A DNA stretch of 64,000 nt from an uncultured Solibacteraceae bacterium. Lineage in GTDB: Bacteria > Acidobacteriota > Vicinamibacteria > Vicinamibacterales > SCN-69-37. Shown in pieces: positions 51,562-59,955 of the stretch. Numbering within the stretch: the first letter of the stretch is position 1; the number at the start of each line of letters is the position of its first letter. Position numbers and translations under genes: made by a program. The notes under the pieces were generated by a model. That model was not told the DNA's origin. It did no database searches and saw nothing but the letters and a program-made list of their open reading frames with translations. Where the stretch lies: positions 1,880 to 65,879 of the forward strand of contig CAYFLU010000001.1 in NCBI GenBank assembly GCA_964343975.1, given 5' to 3'.

Positions 51562-53720
51562 TTAGTCGAGTTCCTTCATCGGAAGCTCGGCATAGTGCTT
51601 TTCGATGCAGTCCGGGCAGAACCCGTGGCTGAAATCGGCCTCGCTGTGCTGGCTGATGTAGTCCTCGATCCGGGTCCAGTAGCCCTGGTCGTCGCGGACC
51701 TTCTTGCAGTGGGCGCAGATCGGGAGCAACCCCCGGAGGATCTTGGCGCTCGACATGGCCTCTGCCACGGCCGCCTCGAGCTTCCGGGCCCGGCTCCGCA
51801 GCCGGGCCGTGCGCCACCGCACGAGCGCCGCCACCGCCATCACGAGCAGCACGAGCGACACCGTGCGGGCCCACCAGGTCTCGTACCAGCGCGGCTCCAC
51901 GATCACCGCCGCCGTCAGCGGCTCCGTCCAGTCGCTCGTCGTCGGCCGCTGCAGCCGCGCCGCCACCTGCACCGTGTAGGTGCCGGGGCCGAGGTTCTCG
52001 ATCTGCATGTCGGAAGTCATCTGTGGATCGCTCCACGCCGACGACAGCTCGAGCACGCGCGTGCGGTACTCGATCTCCACCGGCCGTGGCCACGGCGCAC
52101 TCCACTGCAACCGCAGGCGGCGATTGGTCGACGGCACATGGATCCCGCCGGCGCCCATCGGCGATCGCCAGAACAGCCGCAGCGGCGCCTGCGGCTGCGG
52201 CGGCATCTTCGGGTTGAACGCGGCCAGGCCCGACATCGTGCCGACCAGCACTTCACCCGACGGCCGCACGAGCAGGCCGAACGTGTTGCACTCCTCGGAG
52301 ATCAGCGCGTTGCTCGCATCGAACAACCGCCACACGCCATCCACGAGATGCCCGACACCGGCCGAGCCGCCGACCCACACCGAGGCGTCCGGCGCGAAGG
52401 CGATCGAATACACGATGTGTCCCGGGAGGCCCGCGTCGGGCGTGATGGCCCGCCACGAGCTGCCGTCGAAAATCGCAATGCCACCGGTCGCGCCCACCCA
52501 CACTTCATTGCCGCGAAGATCGCGAAGCGCGCGGCGGCCCAGATCACGCCGGGTTCGGGTTCGATCGCAAAGCGCACATCTTCCGTGATGCCCTGCTCGC
52601 GCCCGTACGCGGCCATCGTCTTGCCGTCCCACCGCCACACGCCGCGGTTGAACACGGCAGCCACGAAGCCGCCGTCGGCCGTCGGGCGCACGCTGAACGT
52701 GATGGGCGGATCGACGTCGCCGGGCGCGCGCCAGAAGGTGCGGTGGGTCCACGCTTCGCCGAGCCACTGCTGCAAGCCCGAGCCGTTGAAGCCGAACCAC
52801 ACGCCGCCGGTGGCGTCGCCCGCGATGGCCGTAATGGCCGAGGTCTTCAGGCCGACTTCCGGTGTCCAGCGTTCGAAGGGCGTCGTCTCGTTGCCGAATG
52901 CCGCGCGCCCGTTGTCGCCACCGGCCCAGATGCGGCCGCGGCGATCTTCGGCAATCGCGCGGATGCGGCCCGCGTCCCACTCGGGGATCGCGAAACTCTG
53001 CCAGCCGGTGTCGGGCTGCCAGCTGTGAAGCCGTCCGTCTTCGCCACCGGCCCACACGCGCCCACTCGACGCCACGATCACGGTCGTGAGCGCGGCGGCC
53101 GGCCGGTCGCCGAGCGGTCCGGCGATCGCGCCGTTGGCGACGCGCACCAGCCCAGTGCGGCCCGCCGCGACGACGTTGCCGTCGTTCAGGGTGGCCAGCG
53201 CGCGGAATTCGGTGGCGTCGGCATCGCCGGCCAGTTCCTTCCACTCGGTGGCGCCCGCCGCGCGCCAATAGAGCACGCCACGCCGGTCGAGCGCGACGAG
53301 ATTGGCGCCGCCGTCTTCGGAGATGTAGGTGAACTCGGTGGGCGTCGGCGAGAACGTCCACTGCTGACCGATCAATGTGTACAGCCCGGCGGTGGCCGAC
53401 ACGTACACGCCGCCGGCACGACGATCGATCACGCGCAGGCTCGAGCCGTCGCCCGGGCCGTTCGGATCGGTCACGCGTTCGACCTGCCCATGTTCGACGC
53501 GCGCCACGCCGGTGAACGTGGCGATCCATACCGTGCCTTCGATGTCGGTGTGCAACGACACGACGGTCGACGCGGGCAGACCGGTGTTGCCTGGGCCCTT
53601 GGCAAACGAACGAAACGCGCGCGAGGGCAGCGGCAACGACTCGGCCGCGGTGTGCGTGGCGACAAGGAGGCCGGCGAGCACCACCAGCGCGGCTGATCTG
53701 ATCAGAGAGGGGATCTTCAC
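51562..53720 (-). pseudogene. Periplasmic beta-propeller (Reg_prop-like) + Y_Y_Y-like + TM + short Cys-rich C-terminal module sensor, split over two reading frames
   Basis: The N-terminal ~400 aa are read in the frame of track ORF 52302..54068. The C-terminal ~310 aa are read in the frame of 51562..53529. The protein-like sequence changes frame between 52498 and 52541, and each ORF is junk beyond the junction. The start is GTG 53720 or ATG 53747. Confidence 0.7.
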
Positions 53721-53745
53721 TCGGGTGTTGCGCTTATCATGCCTC

Positions 53746-55629
53746 ATGCACGCGAGTTTGCCGAAGTGGGTCTGTGCGACTGCGGCCGCAGTCGCATTCA
53801 ACTTTGTTATCGGCGCGTCGGCATCCGCGCAAACGCCGGTGCATTGGTCGATGAAGATCGCGCCATCCGGCGATGCCAAGCCCGGAAGCACGGTTACCGC
53901 AACTGCAGCGGCAGAGATCGAACCGGGCTGGCACGTGTATGCGCTCACGCAGGGCCCGGGCGGTCCGCGCGCGCTCGAAGTCACGGTGCAGAAGTCGCCG
54001 GTCTTCACCGTCGCCGGCAAGATCACGGGCAGCGCGTCGAAGAAGGCGTTCGATCCCAACTTCAACATGGAAACCGAGTTTCACGAAGACTCGGTCGCGA
54101 TCACGATCCCGCTCACGATCGCGAAGACGGCGCCCGGCGGCAAGGCGACGCTGAAGGTCGACGTCACCTTTCAGACCTGCAACGAACGGATGTGTCTGCC
54201 GCCGGCGACCGAGACGCTGACGGCGTCGGTGACGGTGCCCGGCGGATCTCCGGCTGCCGCTGCGGCGGAGCCTGAGCCCACGCCACCGCCGGCGCCGGTC
54301 GCCGCCGCTCCCACGGCCGCCGCGCCGCGCAAGATCGTCGACATGGCGGCGGCCTCTGCCGAGGCATCGTCGTTCTCGTCGTACCTCGCGCTGGCGGCGG
54401 TGATGGGGTTTCTGTCGCTCCTCACGCCGTGCGTGTTTCCGATGGTGCCGATCACGGTGTCGTACTTCACGGCACGCGCCGGGCGTACCAAGAAGGAAGC
54501 ACTTGTGCAGGCGCTCGTGTACGGCGCGGGCATCGTGCTCACGTTCTCGGCCGTGGGGCTCGCGCTCGCGATTTTTCTCGGCGCCTCCGGCTTGAATCAG
54601 TTCGCGGCGAATCCGTGGGTGAACCTCGGCATCACGGCGATCTTCCTCGGCTTCGCGATGAGCCTCTTCGGCACGGTGAACATCGCGCTGCCGTCGTGGC
54701 TCGTGACGAAGGCCGTCAGCGCCGAGCAGGGCAAGAGCAATCTGATCGGCACGTTGCTCATGGGCTTTGCGTTCACGCTCACGTCGTTCACGTGCACGGC
54801 GCCGTTCATCGGCTCGCTGCTCGTCGTCGCCGCCACCGGCAACTGGCAGTGGCCGCTCGCCGGCATGCTCGCGTTCTCGAGCGTGTTCGCGTTGCCGTTC
54901 GTGATTCTGGCCGTGGTGCCGCAGCGGCTCGCGTCGCTGCCGCGCTCGGGCATGTGGCTCGCTGAAGTGAAGGCCGCGATGGGCCTGCTCGAGATCGCCG
55001 CGGCGATGAAGTTCCTGTCGAACGCCGACCTCGTGTGGCACTGGGGCATCTTCACGCGCACGGTGGTGCTCGTCAGCTGGGTGCTCGTGGCCCTCGCGTT
55101 GATGTGGCAGTTCCTGCGCGGCAAGCGCACCGCCGCGCGGATGGTCCTGGCCGCGGCGTCGCTCGTGCTGGCCGTGTGGCTCGGCAACGGCGCGCGCGGC
55201 GCGCGCATGGGCGAGCTCGAGGCCTTCCTGCCCCCGGCTGAAGCGACCGTCCTCGCCGCCGGAAAAGAGCCTGAATGGATCGTGAACAGCTATGACGAGG
55301 CCCTGAAAGTGGCTCGTCAGCAGGGCAAGCCGGTCTTGGTAGACTTCACCGGGTACACCTGCACGAACTGCCGCTGGATGGAGGCCAACATGTTCCCGCG
55401 TCCCGAGGTCGCCGTTGAACTGGCGCGGTACGTGCGCGTGCGCCTCTACACGGACGGCCAGGGTGAACCGTACGTGGGCTTCCAGAAGATGCAGCGCGAG
55501 ACCTATGGCACAGTCGCGCTGCCGTACTACGCCGCGCTCGATCCGTCCGGTACGCCGAAGGTGGCGTTCGGCGGCCTCACGCGCAACTCTGCTGAATACG
55601 TCGCGTTTCTCCGCAAGGGTCTCGAATAA
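53746..55629 (+). CDS. DsbD-like thiol:disulfide interchange protein (DsbD-N-like, CcdA-type TM core and thioredoxin domains)
   Basis: Signal peptide; 'TFQTCNERMCLPP', 'LLTPCVFPMVPITVSYF' and 'DFTGYTCTNCRWME'. Confidence 0.85.
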   Translation: MHASLPKWVCATAAAVAFNFVIGASASAQTPVHWSMKIAPSGDAKPGSTVTATAAAEIEPGWHVYALTQGPGGPRALEVTVQKSPVFTVAGKITGSASKKAFDPNFNMETEFHEDSVAITIPLTIAKTAPGGKATLKVDVTFQTCNERMCLPPATETLTASVTVPGGSPAAAAAEPEPTPPPAPVAAAPTAAAPRKIVDMAAASAEASSFSSYLALAAVMGFLSLLTPCVFPMVPITVSYFTARAGRTKKEALVQALVYGAGIVLTFSAVGLALAIFLGASGLNQFAANPWVNLGITAIFLGFAMSLFGTVNIALPSWLVTKAVSAEQGKSNLIGTLLMGFAFTLTSFTCTAPFIGSLLVVAATGNWQWPLAGMLAFSSVFALPFVILAVVPQRLASLPRSGMWLAEVKAAMGLLEIAAAMKFLSNADLVWHWGIFTRTVVLVSWVLVALALMWQFLRGKRTAARMVLAAASLVLAVWLGNGARGARMGELEAFLPPAEATVLAAGKEPEWIVNSYDEALKVARQQGKPVLVDFTGYTCTNCRWMEANMFPRPEVAVELARYVRVRLYTDGQGEPYVGFQKMQRETYGTVALPYYAALDPSGTPKVAFGGLTRNSAEYVAFLRKGLE

Positions 55630-55641
55630 GGAAAGGACACT

Positions 55642-56994
55642 GTGATGTTGTTGTCACTGCTCGTCTCGCTCGCGCTCCTCGCGCTGCCGCAAACGCCGGC
55701 GCAAACCCCACTCGCCTTCCCGGCGCCCACCGCGACGACTGCGTCCGGCTGTCAGGCAGAGATCAAGACGTTCGTCGACAAGGAGAACGCCGCGGCCGGC
55801 ATCACCGGCGCGCCGCTCACCGCCGCCGACCGCGACAAGATCACGCAGATGCAGCGCATCAACACGGCCAAGCTCGCGATGACCAAGGCCTGCGCCGCGA
55901 AGCTCGACGCGAAGACGGTGGCCGACGCGGATCTCTCGGCAGCGCTCCAGCTCTTCGCCGACGCGAACCTGATGGACGCGACACAGCAGGTCCTCACGCG
56001 CGCGCTGGCCGTGAAGAGCACGCCGGCGGCCCGCGCGGCGCTCCTCGCCGTCGCGATCCCCATCGAGCGTCGTCTCGCACCGGCCAACACCGACCGCGTG
56101 TGGCGCGTCGCCAACCTGTATCCGACGATGGAGAAGCACGCGGATGAACTGGACGCCAACACGGCGGCCACGTTCGAGCAGAAGTGGGGCGTGCACACGT
56201 ACCTCGAGTCGATCTATCGCGGCGACGACATCGACGCGGGCATCATCAAGCACGGCCAGTGGATCGTGGCGCAGGGCGATGCGTGCGCGCCGCAGGATCG
56301 CGCCAAGCTCGGCCGTCAGGTCGTGTCGGCGCACGTGAACATGGCCGAGGCCTACGCCGGTCAGAACATGAACGACAAGGCGCTGCAGCTGCTCGGCGAC
56401 GCCACGAAGAAGTGGGGCGACATCGCCGGCACGGCCGACACGGTCGCGCCGACACTCGCGCGCTACAAGCTCGTCGGCACGAAGGGCGCGGCGATCACGG
56501 CGCCGACCTGGTTCAACGGCCCGGCGTCCAAGTCGCTTGATCTCGCGGCCGGCAAGGTCACGCTCCTCGAGTTCACGGCGCACTGGTGCGGGCCGTGCCG
56601 CGAGAGCTACCCCGGCATCAACCGTCTCCGCGCGAAGTACGGTCCGCAGGGGTTCCAGGTGGCGCTCGCCACGCGCTTCTGGGGCTACTTCGGCAGCGAC
56701 CGCAATCTCTCGACCGACGCGGAACTCGCGAAGGACAAGACGTACTTCGCCGAGCACGAGATGTCCGACGTGCCGGTGGCCATCGGACCGCAGGTCAACG
56801 CGAAGGTCGTCAACGGCAAGGTGGTCTACGAGCCGCAGAAGGATCCGAACGACGTCGCGTACGAGGTCGGCGGCATCCCGCAGATCCAGCTCATCGACAA
56901 GCACGGCGTGATCCGCCTGATCATGGTCGGCTACGACAACGCGAACGAGGCGAAGCTCTCGAAGGTGATCGAAGCGCTGCTCGCTGAAAAGTAG
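55642..56994 (+). CDS. TlpA-family thiol-disulfide oxidoreductase with a ~290-aa N-terminal helical domain
   Basis: Signal peptide; C-terminal 'VTLLEFTAHWCGPCRESYP'. Confidence 0.8.
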   Translation: MMLLSLLVSLALLALPQTPAQTPLAFPAPTATTASGCQAEIKTFVDKENAAAGITGAPLTAADRDKITQMQRINTAKLAMTKACAAKLDAKTVADADLSAALQLFADANLMDATQQVLTRALAVKSTPAARAALLAVAIPIERRLAPANTDRVWRVANLYPTMEKHADELDANTAATFEQKWGVHTYLESIYRGDDIDAGIIKHGQWIVAQGDACAPQDRAKLGRQVVSAHVNMAEAYAGQNMNDKALQLLGDATKKWGDIAGTADTVAPTLARYKLVGTKGAAITAPTWFNGPASKSLDLAAGKVTLLEFTAHWCGPCRESYPGINRLRAKYGPQGFQVALATRFWGYFGSDRNLSTDAELAKDKTYFAEHEMSDVPVAIGPQVNAKVVNGKVVYEPQKDPNDVAYEVGGIPQIQLIDKHGVIRLIMVGYDNANEAKLSKVIEALLAEK

Positions 56995-57001
56995 CCGCGT
57001 C

Positions 57002-57766
57002 GTGATCCGCACGGAGCAACTCTCCCGCAGCTACGGGAGCAAACAGGCCCTCATTGAACTCTCGCTCACGGTTGAACCCGGCGAGATCCTCGGATTTCTC
57101 GGCCCCAACGGGGCCGGGAAATCCACCACCGTCAAGATCCTCACCGGCATGATCCAGCCCGATGCGGGCCGCGCCACCGTGGCCGGCTTCGACGTCGTGG
57201 CGCAGCCGATGGAAGTGAAGAAGCGCATCGGCTACGTGCCGGAAACCGCGGCGCTCTACGACGGCCTCACGGGCGGCGAGTACCTCGAGCTGATCGGCTG
57301 CCTCTACCACCTCGACGCGAAGGTCGCCACCGCGCGCCGGCACGAGCTGCTGGAACTCTTCGGCCTGCTCGGCAACGTCAACGACCGCATGAGCGAGTAC
57401 TCGAAGGGCATGCGGCAGAAAGTGGCGATCATCGCCGCGATGATGCACCGCCCCGAGGTGCTCATCATGGACGAGCCGCTCGACGGCCTCGACGCGAACG
57501 CCGCGATGATCGTGAAGGAACTCCTGCGGCAAACGGCTGCCCAAGGGAAGACCGTCCTCTTCTGCTCCCACATCCTCGACGTCGTCGATCGCATGTGCAC
57601 GAAGATCGTCGTGATCAACAAGGGCCGGCTCGTCGCGAGCGGCACGTCGGACGAACTCAAGCACAACACCGGCGAAGCCACGCTCGAGGCGGCGTTCGGC
57701 AAGTTGACCGGCGGTCTCGATGTGGGCCGCGTGGCCGCCGAGTTCCTGTCGGCGCTCGAGAAATGA
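57002..57766 (+). CDS. ABC transporter ATP-binding protein
   Basis: Contains 'GFLGPNGAGKSTT', 'EYSKGMRQKVAI' and 'LIMDEPLDGLD'. GTG start. Confidence 0.9.
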   Translation: MIRTEQLSRSYGSKQALIELSLTVEPGEILGFLGPNGAGKSTTVKILTGMIQPDAGRATVAGFDVVAQPMEVKKRIGYVPETAALYDGLTGGEYLELIGCLYHLDAKVATARRHELLELFGLLGNVNDRMSEYSKGMRQKVAIIAAMMHRPEVLIMDEPLDGLDANAAMIVKELLRQTAAQGKTVLFCSHILDVVDRMCTKIVVINKGRLVASGTSDELKHNTGEATLEAAFGKLTGGLDVGRVAAEFLSALEK

Positions 57767-59370
57767 AGCCGTTCTTCGTCGCCCTGGGCGTGGACTACGA
57801 CCAGTGGCTGGCGCTCACGAAGGCACTGCTGAAGCGCGACTTCCGCACGCGCTCGGTCGCCGTCGGCAACCGGGGCGGCCGCGAAGCGGTGGGGGCGCGC
57901 GCGTTCTTCTCGCAGTTTCTCCTCTACTCGGTGTTCGGCGCGCTGCTCTCGGGCGCCATCGTCTTCAGCAAAGACCTGTTCTTCATCGGCGTCGTGATGA
58001 GCGCGTACGTGATGTTCATGGTCGGCACGGCGGTGCTGCTCGACCATTCGAGCGCGCTTACGGCCGCCGACGACTTCGCGGTGCTCGGCTTCCGTCCGAT
58101 CACGTCCCGCACGTATTTCGCGGTGCGGCTCACGAACGTGCTGAGCTACACGCTGCTCATGACCACGCTCGTCGCCTATATCCCGGTCGGCGCGCTGTTC
58201 ATCAAGCACGGCTGGGCCGCCGGCGTGGCCGGGCTCGGCGCGCTCTACGGCACGTCGCTCAGCATCGCGTTCGCATTGCTCATTTCCTACGCGGGCCTGC
58301 AGCGGCTCGTCGGCGCGCAGCGGCTGAAGTCCGTGCTGTCGTACGTGCAGCTCCTCATGAGCTTCGGCGTGTACGGCGGCTACTTCCTGATCTCGAAACT
58401 TGTATCAAAAACCTTCATCGCGAACTTCACACTGCCGAAGACCTGGTGGCTGCTGTGCCTGCCGCCGGCGTGGTTTGCGAGCTACTTCGACATTGCCGCG
58501 GGCCACATCGCGGCATCAACGCTCCTGCCGGCCGGCGTGTCGGTGGCGCTCCTCGTCGGCATGACGATCGCGCTCACCGGCAAGCTCTCGTCGGGCTTTG
58601 CGGACCGCCTCGGTGAATCCGCCGTGGCCGCGCGCTCGTCATCCACACCCGCGCGCCCGAGCCGCGCGGGCTGGCTCTTCCGCGCCGGTGAGAACCGCGC
58701 GATGGCGCTCCTCATCCGCAGCCAGTTCCGCAACGATCAGAAATTCCGGATGGGCGTGCTCACGATCATCCCGCTCACGGTGCTCTACATCTTCCAGGGC
58801 GTGAGCGAACACGGCGGGCTCGACGGCCGCGTGGGCCGCGAGTATCTGCTCGTCGGATTCGCGATCATGATGTTCCCGGCGATGCTGAAGATGCAGCTCA
58901 CACGCAGCGACGCCTATCGCGCGTCGTGGATCTTCTTTGCGGCGCCGGTGAATCGCGCGAATCTCATTCGCGCCTCCAAGAACGTCGTCGTCGCGATGTT
59001 CCTGCTGCCCTATCTGTTGTTCGTGACGGTGGCGATGGCGTGGGCGACGCACGACCCGGCTGGATCGATCGTGCGGATCGGGCTCATGGGCCTCATCAGC
59101 CATCTCACACTCCAGATCACGATCTTGATGGATCCGGAGCTGCCGTTCGCCAAGCCGACGGACAAGAACCGCAGCTCGAGCATCTTCCTGCTCATGGCCG
59201 GCATCGGCATCGTGAACATGCTGATTGTGGTGTTCGGCGAGCGCGTCTTTGCCAGCGCCCTGACGGTGGGGCTCACCGCCGGCGCGCTGGTGGTGCTCAG
59301 CGCGTTCGTGGAATTGCTCAACAAAGCGCGCATCGACGAGCAGGCGCGCAAGCTGGAGTTTCTGGGATGA
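57763..59370 (+). CDS. Large polytopic ABC-exporter-type permease (uncharacterised family)
   Basis: 535 aa from the ATG at 57763 (ATGA overlap with the ATPase stop), with about 12 hydrophobic spans. Confidence 0.7.
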   Translation: MKPFFVALGVDYDQWLALTKALLKRDFRTRSVAVGNRGGREAVGARAFFSQFLLYSVFGALLSGAIVFSKDLFFIGVVMSAYVMFMVGTAVLLDHSSALTAADDFAVLGFRPITSRTYFAVRLTNVLSYTLLMTTLVAYIPVGALFIKHGWAAGVAGLGALYGTSLSIAFALLISYAGLQRLVGAQRLKSVLSYVQLLMSFGVYGGYFLISKLVSKTFIANFTLPKTWWLLCLPPAWFASYFDIAAGHIAASTLLPAGVSVALLVGMTIALTGKLSSGFADRLGESAVAARSSSTPARPSRAGWLFRAGENRAMALLIRSQFRNDQKFRMGVLTIIPLTVLYIFQGVSEHGGLDGRVGREYLLVGFAIMMFPAMLKMQLTRSDAYRASWIFFAAPVNRANLIRASKNVVVAMFLLPYLLFVTVAMAWATHDPAGSIVRIGLMGLISHLTLQITILMDPELPFAKPTDKNRSSSIFLLMAGIGIVNMLIVVFGERVFASALTVGLTAGALVVLSAFVELLNKARIDEQARKLEFLG

Positions 59371-59951
59371 AGCGACGCACCTGGCTGCAACAGATCGGCG
59401 CCACCCTCGCACTGCTGCCATTCGCCCGCCTCCGCGCGTGGCAGCGGCCTGCGCTGTTCTCGGCCAACGACATCGCGGCGCTCAACGGCATCGCAGAGGT
59501 CGTCCTGCCGACCGCCCTCACCGCGCAGGATCGTGCGGATGTCGTGCAGAAGTTCATCGACTGGCACACGAACTACAAAGCCGGCGCCGACATGGGTCAT
59601 ACCTACGGCGGCTCCGTGCTCCGTCCGGCGTCGGGGCCCGCGGTCGCCACGCGCTACGCGCCGCAGTTCATCGCGCTCGATCAGGCCGCCCGCGCCAAAG
59701 GCGCGTCCGCGTTCGCGTCGGCGCCTCTGGCGACGCGACGCAGCGTCGTCGAGGCCGCGCTGACCACGCCGCAGCCCGTGAATCGCCTGCCGGCGCGCCC
59801 AACCGGCGCCAATCTCATCGCGGACGTCGCCGGCCTGTACTTCAACAGCGGCGCGGCGTTCGACCTCGCCTACAACACCTTCATCGGGCGCGATCTGTGC
59901 CGTGGTCTTGCCGGCTCCGATCAACCGCCGATGCCGCTGGGACGAGGCTGA
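59367..59951 (+). CDS. Gluconate 2-dehydrogenase subunit-3-like Tat protein
   Basis: 194 aa from the ATG at 59367 (ATGA overlap). It has the 'MKRRTWLQQIGATLALLPF' leader and the usual position upstream of a GMC oxidoreductase. Confidence 0.7.
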   Translation: MKRRTWLQQIGATLALLPFARLRAWQRPALFSANDIAALNGIAEVVLPTALTAQDRADVVQKFIDWHTNYKAGADMGHTYGGSVLRPASGPAVATRYAPQFIALDQAARAKGASAFASAPLATRRSVVEAALTTPQPVNRLPARPTGANLIADVAGLYFNSGAAFDLAYNTFIGRDLCRGLAGSDQPPMPLGRG

Positions 59952-59955
59952 TCAC

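Noticed and set aside
53737-55041. 434-aa minus-strand ORF
   Set aside because: It is antisense to the DsbD-like gene and consists of Arg/Glu/His repeats.
55654-57012. 452-aa minus-strand ORF
   Set aside because: It is antisense to the TlpA-like gene.
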